Notes under the pieces: model-generated | The model's database searches: none | What the model was told of the DNA's origin: nothing | Seen by the model: the letters and a program-made list of their open reading frames with translations, nothing else | Assembly (NCBI GenBank): GCA_044351225.1 | Contig: JBILGD010000001.1 | Span: forward strand, 1 to 54,445 | Length of the DNA stretch: 54,445 bases | Direction: 5' to 3' | Source: Steroidobacteraceae bacterium | GTDB taxonomy: Bacteria; Pseudomonadota; Gammaproteobacteria; Steroidobacterales; Steroidobacteraceae | In this document: piece after piece, positions 47,258 through 54,445 of the stretch | Layout: each line of letters starts with the position of its first letter | Position numbering within the stretch: position 1 is the stretch's first letter | Translations under genes and position numbers: made by a program

Positions 47258-48075
47258 CCCGTCGACGGACGCCTGTCGGGGACGGATGGATTGCGTACAT
47301 CGATGAAGGCCAAGGTCATCCCCTGCTCCTGCTGCCTGGCTTGGGAGGACAGTCGTCGTTCTGGCGCAGATCGTGGTCTGCGCTCGGCGAACACTTCAGG
47401 CTTATATCGATCGATCAGCGGGGCTGCGGCGACAGTTCCCGTTGCCTTATCGATTACTCGATCCCGCAGATGGCAACAGACGTACTCGCGGTACTTGATG
47501 CCCTCGATGTGCAAACGGCAGACATCATCGGACATTCGACTGGCGGGGTCATTGCGTTGTGGCTTGCCGCGCATCACCCGCGGCGTGTCGGTCGCCTCGT
47601 CGCCAGCAGCACATGGGCGGGTCCGGACAGGTACATGGAATACTGCTTCAGGCTGCGCGAGAGAGTGCTCGAGTCGCTCGGGATCGCCGCGTACCGACAG
47701 TTCGTCGATCTGATGTTGTATCCGCCGTCGTGGTATTCCTGCCATCTCGAGGAAATCGCCGCTCGCAACGACACGACCAGTGTCGATGCGGCAATTCTTC
47801 GACGCCGCATGCGGGCGATCATGAACTTCGATCTTCGGCCTTACCTTGCCGATATCCGACACGAAGTGCTCGTCATCTGCCCGAGAGATGATCGCGTGAC
47901 GCCACTTTTCCTGTCTGAGGAGATCGCTGCGGGCGTACCGCGGGCACAATTGTGCGCACTCGAAACAGGCGGGCATGCTGCTCCGCGGATCGCCACTGAC
48001 GAGTTCTGCCGCCCGGTGCTGAGGTTTCTCGCCACGCACGATCGAACACCCCGAGTCGGAGGAACGTCGTGTTGA
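47254..48075 (+). CDS. alpha/beta hydrolase, RutD / enol-lactonase-like
   Basis: Start ATG 47254 (ATGA overlap with the cupin stop). LLLLPGLGGQSSFW, DQRGCGDS, nucleophile elbow GHSTGG, late DD and GGHA (catalytic His). Collinear by eye with E. coli RutD. Confidence 0.8.
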   Translation: MTRRRTPVGDGWIAYIDEGQGHPLLLLPGLGGQSSFWRRSWSALGEHFRLISIDQRGCGDSSRCLIDYSIPQMATDVLAVLDALDVQTADIIGHSTGGVIALWLAAHHPRRVGRLVASSTWAGPDRYMEYCFRLRERVLESLGIAAYRQFVDLMLYPPSWYSCHLEEIAARNDTTSVDAAILRRRMRAIMNFDLRPYLADIRHEVLVICPRDDRVTPLFLSEEIAAGVPRAQLCALETGGHAAPRIATDEFCRPVLRFLATHDRTPRVGGTSC

Positions 48076-48089
48076 CGCCGCACGGGTAA

Positions 48090-49436
48090 TCATTTTGTCG
48101 CTACGCCTTCGAGTTTTTCCATTGCGTTACGGTAGTTGGCAACGCCCTTCGCGAGCGCGAGTGCGGCCACCACGCTGAAGGCCGCGATGGCGATCGCGAT
48201 GCTGTATCGCAATGCGTCGGGTTGGTCGAAAAGAAAATCAGTCAACGCAGCGACACTCGTTGGGCCGATAAACTGACCGAGTCCGCTTGCGATCAGCAGC
48301 GAGAATGCGGTGATCCGACCGCGGAACTCGTTGGGCGTCACGAGGATGACCGCAGCCGACACGGCGGCACTGCCTGCCCCGATGGCAATCAGGGACGGCA
48401 CCAGCAAGGCCAGAGCAAGCTCTCCCGATGGCATCAGGGGCGCGACTGCATGCAAGGGCAGAGCGACAAGCATCGCCAGAGAAACTGTCCGCAGTGCACC
48501 GTCCTTGCGACCGCGACGGTAGAAGTGATCACTAAGCCAGCCGCCGATATTGACTCCGATCAGACCGGCGATGAGCAGAGCGCCGCCCCACAGAGTGCCC
48601 GCGCGACCGGGACTCCAACCCCAGGTTCGTTCGAACATGGGCACGATCCAGAACTGCGCTCCGGCGATCAGGAACAAGACGGATTTCGAGAGAATGAGCG
48701 GGACGTACACTTGCCGATGAGATTTGAGGAAGGCTAGGGTGTCGGTAACGCTTGCGGTCGATGCGCTTTTAAGCCGCTCTCGTCGCGGTGGCTCTCGCAC
48801 CATCAGCAGCAGTGGCAGCAGCAGCAGGCCGGGTACGCCGACGAAGAGGAAAGTTTCCCGCCACGGGGTAACGACGCCGAGATTTGCAAAAGGGTCGTGG
48901 CCCTCGACCGCGAGCCAAACGACGAGAGAACCACCGACGATGAAGGCTGCGCTTGAGCCGAGACCCGTCCCCATCGAAAACACGCCGACGGCCCTGCCGA
49001 CGCGCTCGCGCGGGAATAAGTCGCTGATCAACGATAGGGCGCAGGGCACGAGGGCCGCCTCACCACAACCCACACCCATGCGCGCGATGAAAAGTTCGAA
49101 CGCCGAATCCGCAAAGGCGCAGGCCGCCGTCATCACGCACCACGTGGCGATTCCCAAAGCGAGCAGGGCGATGCGGTTGACTCGGTCGGCGTAGTGACCG
49201 AAGACGAGTCCGAAAACAAGGAACGAAACTGCAAATGCCGGCGGCCCGACCCATGACATCTGGAAGTCGGAAAGTCCGAGGTCGCGGCGGATCGGCTCGA
49301 TGAGCAGCGAGAGTATCTGCCGATCGATGAAAGAGACAACGTAGCCCAGCGTCAGGACGACGACGACGAACCACGCATGGTTGATCGAAGCGGGGGCGCG
49401 ATTTTCGGTCATGGTGTTTTTCTCCTGGGATCGCAC
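48090..49436 (-). CDS. MFS transporter
   Basis: About 12 hydrophobic segments. Motif-A-like GHYADRVNR after TM2. 448 aa. Confidence 0.85.
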   Translation of the reverse strand: MRSQEKNTMTENRAPASINHAWFVVVVLTLGYVVSFIDRQILSLLIEPIRRDLGLSDFQMSWVGPPAFAVSFLVFGLVFGHYADRVNRIALLALGIATWCVMTAACAFADSAFELFIARMGVGCGEAALVPCALSLISDLFPRERVGRAVGVFSMGTGLGSSAAFIVGGSLVVWLAVEGHDPFANLGVVTPWRETFLFVGVPGLLLLPLLLMVREPPRRERLKSASTASVTDTLAFLKSHRQVYVPLILSKSVLFLIAGAQFWIVPMFERTWGWSPGRAGTLWGGALLIAGLIGVNIGGWLSDHFYRRGRKDGALRTVSLAMLVALPLHAVAPLMPSGELALALLVPSLIAIGAGSAAVSAAVILVTPNEFRGRITAFSLLIASGLGQFIGPTSVAALTDFLFDQPDALRYSIAIAIAAFSVVAALALAKGVANYRNAMEKLEGVATK

Positions 49437-49448
49437 ACGCCTGAGGGC

Positions 49449-51692
49449 CTACAGCGCGAAACCCTCGTCACTGATTGGCAGCGAGCGGATTCGATGGCCA
49501 CAAGCCGCGTAGACCGCATTGCATACCGCGGGCGCCACGGGTGGCAGCACAGGTTCGCCAAGTCCGCTCGGCGGGTTGTCGGTTTGCAGAAAGTGCACCT
49601 GAATCCGCGGTTCGGAACCGATGCGTCTGAGTGGATAGCGATCGAAATTGGTTTCGAGGATACGACCGGCCTCGTAGGTCAGTTTCTGATCCGCCATTGC
49701 GCTCAGCCCGTCGATGATCGAGCCTTGGCACTGCGCCTCTGCACCAGCGAGGTTGACGATCGGCCCGACGTCGCAAGCCACCGTGATTTCGTGAACGGTG
49801 ATCTGTTTCTGCGTGTCGACGCTCACTTCGGCGATTTGGGCAACGTATGCGGCGTGACTGAAGTAGAACGCGAGACCTCGCGCGCGACCCGTCAACGTCT
49901 GACGTCCCCAACCCGCTTTATGCGCCGCCAATCGGAGCACGTCAGCTGCCCGACCTGTATGCAAAGTCATCTTGGTCGCGGGAGGTAACCATCGTGGGGG
50001 CCCGAGCAGTTCCAGCAGGAATTCGAGGTGATCGCGCCCCGCAGCGGAGGACATCTCATGCAGGAAGCTCTGCAGCGGAAAGGCGAACACGCTAGGCCCG
50101 GGAGAGCGCCAGAAACCGCACGGCGAGGACCATGGCAGTTGGGTACGCGTGTAGCGCAGATTCGGGATCAGCGGTATGAAATCGTCCTCGGTCCGAAGGT
50201 CACCACCCACAACCGGCTTCTTCCCATCTGCCGAGAAGGTGATGAAGTGGTTTCGCCACGCCACGGCGCGACCGAGCTTGTCCGTTGCACCCTTCAGGGC
50301 GTGTACGCCACCGGCGCGGACGAAATCGTTGGTCATGTCGTCCTCCCGCGTCCACTGCAGCTTCACTGGGCGCTGTGTACGACGGGCAATGGCTGCTGCC
50401 TCGCAGGCCACGTCGTTCATGAGTCGTCGCCCGAACGAGCCGCCCATTCTTTGCGGGTGAATCGTGACTGCGGACGGCGGGATACCGAGCAGCCTGCTGA
50501 TGCTGCCGATGGCAGCCTGCGGCGTTTGGCTTGGCGCCCAAACCTCGATCTTGCCTTCAGGTTTGAACCATGCCGTGCAGTTTTGCGGTTCGAGCTGCGC
50601 ATGCGACAGGAACGAATAGCGGTATACGCCTTCGACGACCCGCTCTGCCTCGCCCATCGCTTGATCGACATTGCCCCGATTGATCAACACCTCTGCACCA
50701 TCGGCGTCGGCGATCGCGAGTGCATGCGCTTGCGAAGCGTTCCAATCGTCGCCGGCAGCAGCGGTTTCGTCCCACTGGATCCGCAACTGTTTTCGGGCGG
50801 AAAACGCCGACCATGTATCTCTTGCGACAATGGCCACTCCCGACTTCAACTCCGTCGCTATCCCATTGCCTTCGATGACAAAGGCGTCGGAAACGCCCGG
50901 CATATCGCGGATCTCCGCGAGATTGGCCTCGAGTACGCGGCCGCCGATACGCGGGCACTTGACGTACACGGCGTAGAGCATCTCCGGCAAGCGCACGTCG
51001 ATGCTATAGAGCGGGTGGCCGACGACGATGGCAGCGTTGTCCACGCCTGCAATGCGAGTGTTGAGCAATCGACGCTCGTCTTTCGTCTTCAGGGTGATCG
51101 CGTCGACTGACGGTACTGGGATGCGTGCCGCCGTCGATGCCAGCTCGCGATAAGTCAATTGGCGTCCGCTTGCTTCGTGACGAACGCGACTCTCGCCGGT
51201 ACGGCACTCGGCAGCCGGCACGTTCCACCGCTGAGCGGCAGCCGCCAACAAGACCGCACGCGCCGTGGCACCCGCGAGGCGCAATGGCTCCCACGCACGT
51301 GGTATCGACGTCGATCCTCCCGCGGCCTGCAAGCCGAAACGTTCCGCGTCGATGGGTGACTGCCGAACCTCCACGTCTTGCCACGATGCATCGAGTTCCT
51401 CGGCCACGATCATCGGCAAAGCGGTTTTGATTCCTTGCCCCATTTCCGGTTGCGTCGCGAAGATGACTATGCCGTCATCAGCAATGCGCAGAAATGCGTT
51501 CGGCACGAAGTCAACCGAATCCGCGGCGGTCGCCAGAGTCCGTTGCATGTCGAACCCCAGAATCAGGCCACCTCCCGCAATTCCTGTCAGTTGGAGGAAG
51601 CGACGCCTGTCGATTTTTTCGATTCGCGGGCTTGCTTTCGCGATACCGCGCCGCTCCGAATCATCGAGTCGATCGGACATTGAGTTAATCAT
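49449..51692 (-). CDS. molybdopterin-binding oxidoreductase large subunit (IorB-like), Tat signal, orphan paralog of 9601..11790
   Basis: [24 protein letters not shown] twin-arginine signal. Collinear along the full length with the 9601..11790 product; most blocks are identical ([44 protein letters not shown]). No 2Fe-2S subunit gene is adjacent. Confidence 0.85.
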   Translation of the reverse strand: MINSMSDRLDDSERRGIAKASPRIEKIDRRRFLQLTGIAGGGLILGFDMQRTLATAADSVDFVPNAFLRIADDGIVIFATQPEMGQGIKTALPMIVAEELDASWQDVEVRQSPIDAERFGLQAAGGSTSIPRAWEPLRLAGATARAVLLAAAAQRWNVPAAECRTGESRVRHEASGRQLTYRELASTAARIPVPSVDAITLKTKDERRLLNTRIAGVDNAAIVVGHPLYSIDVRLPEMLYAVYVKCPRIGGRVLEANLAEIRDMPGVSDAFVIEGNGIATELKSGVAIVARDTWSAFSARKQLRIQWDETAAAGDDWNASQAHALAIADADGAEVLINRGNVDQAMGEAERVVEGVYRYSFLSHAQLEPQNCTAWFKPEGKIEVWAPSQTPQAAIGSISRLLGIPPSAVTIHPQRMGGSFGRRLMNDVACEAAAIARRTQRPVKLQWTREDDMTNDFVRAGGVHALKGATDKLGRAVAWRNHFITFSADGKKPVVGGDLRTEDDFIPLIPNLRYTRTQLPWSSPCGFWRSPGPSVFAFPLQSFLHEMSSAAGRDHLEFLLELLGPPRWLPPATKMTLHTGRAADVLRLAAHKAGWGRQTLTGRARGLAFYFSHAAYVAQIAEVSVDTQKQITVHEITVACDVGPIVNLAGAEAQCQGSIIDGLSAMADQKLTYEAGRILETNFDRYPLRRIGSEPRIQVHFLQTDNPPSGLGEPVLPPVAPAVCNAVYAACGHRIRSLPISDEGFAL

Positions 51693-51694
51693 TA

Positions 51695-51708
51695 TTTTGA
51701 CAAGTCAA
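51695..51708. promoter_or_regulatory. perfect palindrome TTTGAC-AA-GTCAAA in an AT-rich divergent promoter region
   Basis: 6-2-6 inverted repeat 3 nt upstream of the IorB-like start codon. It contains TTGACA on the plus strand and TTGACT on the minus strand, both -35-like. The surrounding 51693-51790 is strongly AT-rich. Confidence 0.5.
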
Positions 51709-51790
51709 AGATTTTTTATATTGATCGTATGAGATTCATCATGTACTTTAATTACAAATCCGAGCTGCATTAAAAAACAAAGGGCGAAAG

Positions 51791-52159
51791 ATGGAATCGA
51801 GGACAAATAGAAGCTTTGCGACTGCGGACTTCATCAAGAGCGACACCGCTCAAGCGGCTTATCTCGGCGCGCCCCATGTTGACCAGCTTGCGACTGCGTT
51901 CCTCAATCTCGGTGCGGAGTTCTGGACGATGCGACGTCGCATGCTCGTGCTTGAGAAGATGCTCAAGGAGCGAGGCGTATTCGACCCTGATGCACTCGAG
52001 ACCTATGAGCCGACGCCCGATGAGCAGCGCGATTGGGAGTTGCAGCGCGACGCGTTCATTCGCAGGACGTTCAGCGTATTGACTGAAGACGCGGGTCCGT
52101 TGCCCACGGAACCGCCGGACGAACGGGTACCGCCTGTCAAGCCAGGCAGCTGCACCTGA
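51791..52159 (+). CDS. hypothetical 122-aa protein (no recognised family)
   Basis: ORF with plausible codon usage, same frame as and 18 nt upstream of the methyltransferase gene. The competing 561-aa minus-strand ORF is the usual antisense artefact. Confidence 0.55.
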   Translation: MESRTNRSFATADFIKSDTAQAAYLGAPHVDQLATAFLNLGAEFWTMRRRMLVLEKMLKERGVFDPDALETYEPTPDEQRDWELQRDAFIRRTFSVLTEDAGPLPTEPPDERVPPVKPGSCT

Positions 52160-52177
52160 AGGTTCGGCACTCGATCC

Positions 52178-53422
52178 TTGAAGCACAGCAAAACCAATCA
52201 GCGCACGAGAAAACCACCCATGACGACTCAAGCCGGCGTTAAAGCATTCGAAGAGGGTTCCACCGATATTCGCTTTGACCCCTACACGGTGACGTCCGAG
52301 CGGAAAGCCGCAAGTGCGGTTCGCTTCCGCTCGTTCGACGACAACAGCGCAATGGACTTTGTGCTCGGACTCCGCAAGTGGAACTCTGCGGAACGTTATG
52401 GTGCAGTATCGACCGAGCAGGCCAGCGACTTCATCAAGAAAGCGGGACTGCGGGAGAACTCGCACGACTACGGCTACGAGGAGGCATTCGACACGATGCT
52501 GAGGTCGCCATCGTTTGCGATGAAGGTTCGAATTTTCAGGAGCCTGCAGATGCTGATGTGGAGTCGCACGATGCGAGCCTTCCACGATGACTCCGAAAAT
52601 TACCTCGCCATGATGGAAGCCACCGATCATGTCGGTCCGGGAACGCTCGAATTGAATCCCGATCTCGATCTGCCTGATTACACCCGGCACGAAATTCATG
52701 GGCAACCGGGTGGCTATGTCGGCGATCCTTTTGCAGGATGGGCGTATCACTGGGCGCTCGCGCGGGGTTTCTACTACCAGTTCCGCCACGAGGAGAACTT
52801 CATGGCGGTCGCACAAAATTGTCCCAAGCCGGCCGATGGCAAGGTGCGCCGTATCCTTGACCTCGGCTGTGGTTCCGGTCTGACGACCACGTCGCTCAAG
52901 CTCCGCTTTCCTCAAGCGGAGGTATGGGGAATCGATGCAGGCGGGCCGATGGTCCGGTACGCACATCATCGTGCGGTTTGCCAAAATATTGATGTGAACT
53001 TTTCGCAGCGGCTTATCGAGGACAACAAGTTCCCCAACGATTACTTCGACATCGTTTCCAGTTACATCCTGTTTCACGAGGTCCGCAGTGACGCTGCGGC
53101 ACGTGCTGCTTGCGAGATCGCGCGGGTGCTTCGACCGGGAGGTGTATACAACCACGTCGATACGATGACCGAGGGAATGCGCGATGCTGGCGAGGTGACA
53201 TCGCCTGCGCGCCCATTTCCCGTCCGGGAAGAGTCGAGGAGTCTCCTCTCCAAAGCGAACGCTTGGCAAAACCACCGCCACAATTGCGAGCCGTGGGCGC
53301 TCGAATATCTCGGTTCGAATTTCCCGGCAATGTTGCGGGCTGCGGGTCTCGTGGTGACGATCTCGCCCGAGGTGCCGTACATGTCGCCGCTCGCACATCT
53401 CAGCGCGATCAAGCCTCGGTAG
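52178..53422 (+). CDS. class I SAM-dependent methyltransferase with about 220-aa N-terminal domain of unknown function
   Basis: Motif I RILDLGCGSGLTT, then WGIDAGGPM, FDIVSSYILFHEV, VLRPGGVY. Alternative start ATG 52220. Confidence 0.8.
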   Translation: MKHSKTNQRTRKPPMTTQAGVKAFEEGSTDIRFDPYTVTSERKAASAVRFRSFDDNSAMDFVLGLRKWNSAERYGAVSTEQASDFIKKAGLRENSHDYGYEEAFDTMLRSPSFAMKVRIFRSLQMLMWSRTMRAFHDDSENYLAMMEATDHVGPGTLELNPDLDLPDYTRHEIHGQPGGYVGDPFAGWAYHWALARGFYYQFRHEENFMAVAQNCPKPADGKVRRILDLGCGSGLTTTSLKLRFPQAEVWGIDAGGPMVRYAHHRAVCQNIDVNFSQRLIEDNKFPNDYFDIVSSYILFHEVRSDAAARAACEIARVLRPGGVYNHVDTMTEGMRDAGEVTSPARPFPVREESRSLLSKANAWQNHRHNCEPWALEYLGSNFPAMLRAAGLVVTISPEVPYMSPLAHLSAIKPR

Positions 53423-53456
53423 CATCATGCGTGCCGCCTGCGCAGAGTGCGTCATT

Positions 53457-54437
53457 TCAGACCCACTTTCGCTTGCGCGTCAGCCAGATGATCAAGCCAG
53501 TCAGCGCAAGTATGAGGACAGCTACCGCGGATGCGTCGTTGAACCACACCAATACGTCGTGGTAGATCAAGAGCCCGTGCACCACTCGGATCAGGAACGC
53601 AAGATCGAGACCGTGTAATGGCGCAGGCGTCAGCGGCACCTGCTCGAACCCGGCTTCGGGAGTGCCTTTATGGATGCCGTACCAGGTGTACAGGTAGATC
53701 GAATCACCGGCGCGACGTGCATCGAGGATGAGTCCGAAAGTCTTTGTCGGAATCTTCGTCCAGAACTGTTCGCCTGCGGCACGAAAGAAGTGGCGATTGC
53801 CCTCGTCAGAGATGAATTCGTAACCGTTGACGAGACGATACTTCGCCGTCGCCCAGTAGTTGCTCAGCTTCAGTGGAAAAGAGTGGTCGTAGGTCCAGTT
53901 CTGCCCGCCGTCCAGCGAGCGAATGGCACCGAGTCGCGTCAGAGCGTAAAGACGATCCGGATTTTCGGTGGGTGCGAAGACGGTATTAACCTCACCACTC
54001 AATGTTTTCAGGTCGTAGTTACCAGTAAGGCTCGAAGCATCCAGATGAATGTGCTTTGCCCACGCGTTGAAGCCGAACTTGTGACCCATGGCGATCCCTG
54101 TACTGCTCAGATAAAGCAGCGGGACGCATACGAGCAGGCCCGTGACAAAGACGTGCACGCGGAAAAGCCACTGCATCACCTTGACGGGAACACCGCCTCG
54201 ACCGGGCTTTCGGCGGCGTCGTGGCAAGTACCAGTACAGCAGGCCCGTGAGACACAACGCCGGCAGCGCGAGGCCCGAAAGATCGTTGACGAACTTGGAG
54301 AGCGGAATGCTCGGCAAGCCGGCGGTGGCGTGGAGATCGAATCCGTACGTGGCAAGCGTCGTCGTTTGCGGAGCATCGACGACCGCGGTGTCTGAAAGAT
54401 TCGTAAGTCGGGCTGATCTCGGATCGGCGGTCGGCAT
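53457..54437 (-). CDS. PepSY-associated-TM-like membrane protein with periplasmic Asp-box (BNR) motif; may extend beyond window
   Basis: Two units of the pattern H....(hydrophobic)...LTGL..W..RRR/KRK (LHATAGL...LCLTGLLYWYLPRRRRK and VHGLLIYHD...LALTGLIIWLTRKRKW). The central soluble part carries RSLDGGQNW (S-x-D-x-G-x-x-W Asp-box). There is no in-frame stop between 54437 and the window end. Confidence 0.5.
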   Translation of the reverse strand: MPTADPRSARLTNLSDTAVVDAPQTTTLATYGFDLHATAGLPSIPLSKFVNDLSGLALPALCLTGLLYWYLPRRRRKPGRGGVPVKVMQWLFRVHVFVTGLLVCVPLLYLSSTGIAMGHKFGFNAWAKHIHLDASSLTGNYDLKTLSGEVNTVFAPTENPDRLYALTRLGAIRSLDGGQNWTYDHSFPLKLSNYWATAKYRLVNGYEFISDEGNRHFFRAAGEQFWTKIPTKTFGLILDARRAGDSIYLYTWYGIHKGTPEAGFEQVPLTPAPLHGLDLAFLIRVVHGLLIYHDVLVWFNDASAVAVLILALTGLIIWLTRKRKWV

Positions 54438-54445
54438 CTTGAAAA

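Noticed and set aside
51770-53455. 561-aa minus-strand ORF covering the 122-aa gene and the methyltransferase
   Set aside because: This is the same antisense-frame artefact. The plus-strand product has clear SAM-methyltransferase motifs (LDLGCGSG etc.). The minus-strand product is Arg-rich with no recognisable domain.

Overview
High-GC (by eye roughly 60-70%) bacterial chromosomal window. Gene order suggests a gammaproteobacterium; this is an inference from the ruvCAB-ybgC-tolQRAB-pal-cpoB-queEC-tRNA-Lys synteny. The core block at 23-38 kb holds tRNA-Ala and tRNA-Arg, sucA-sucB-lpdA, ruvCAB, the complete Tol-Pal cluster, queE/queC and tRNA-Lys. Left part: a partial tannase-family esterase, two convergent TonB-dependent receptors, corC-nikR, gltS and type I aroD. 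It also carries a tightly packed minus-strand run of seven genes (small protein, MBL hydrolase, double HCCA-isomerase/DsbA-like, Cys-type sulfatase, GST-like, 2Fe-2S and molybdopterin subunits). That run faces a divergent 7TMR-DISM hybrid histidine kinase plus REC-AraC regulator. Right part: cysQ is divergent from a sulfate-activation operon (cysD-cysNC-ACAD-like). The first ORF of that operon is a decayed IS630-like transposase reading in frame into cysD. From about 44.7 kb to the window end the DNA looks accessory and patchily lower in GC. It encodes DUF1838, two GlcG/DUF336 genes, a cupin, a RutD-like hydrolase, an MFS transporter, an orphan molybdopterin subunit paralogous to the one at 9.6 kb, an unknown 122-aa protein, an N-terminally extended SAM methyltransferase and a PepSY-TM/Asp-box membrane protein. 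I saw no CRISPR array, integrase, phage or recognisable defence/toxin genes. The long antisense ORFs in the track are GC-driven artefacts. The candidates most worth follow-up are listed in the findings: the transposase-relic::cysD arrangement, the two-component system plus sulfatase/thiol-transferase/Mo-hydroxylase operon, the orphan Mo subunit island, and the repeat array in the TBDR/corC-nikR promoter. All functional calls come from motif recognition by eye; no database search was run.
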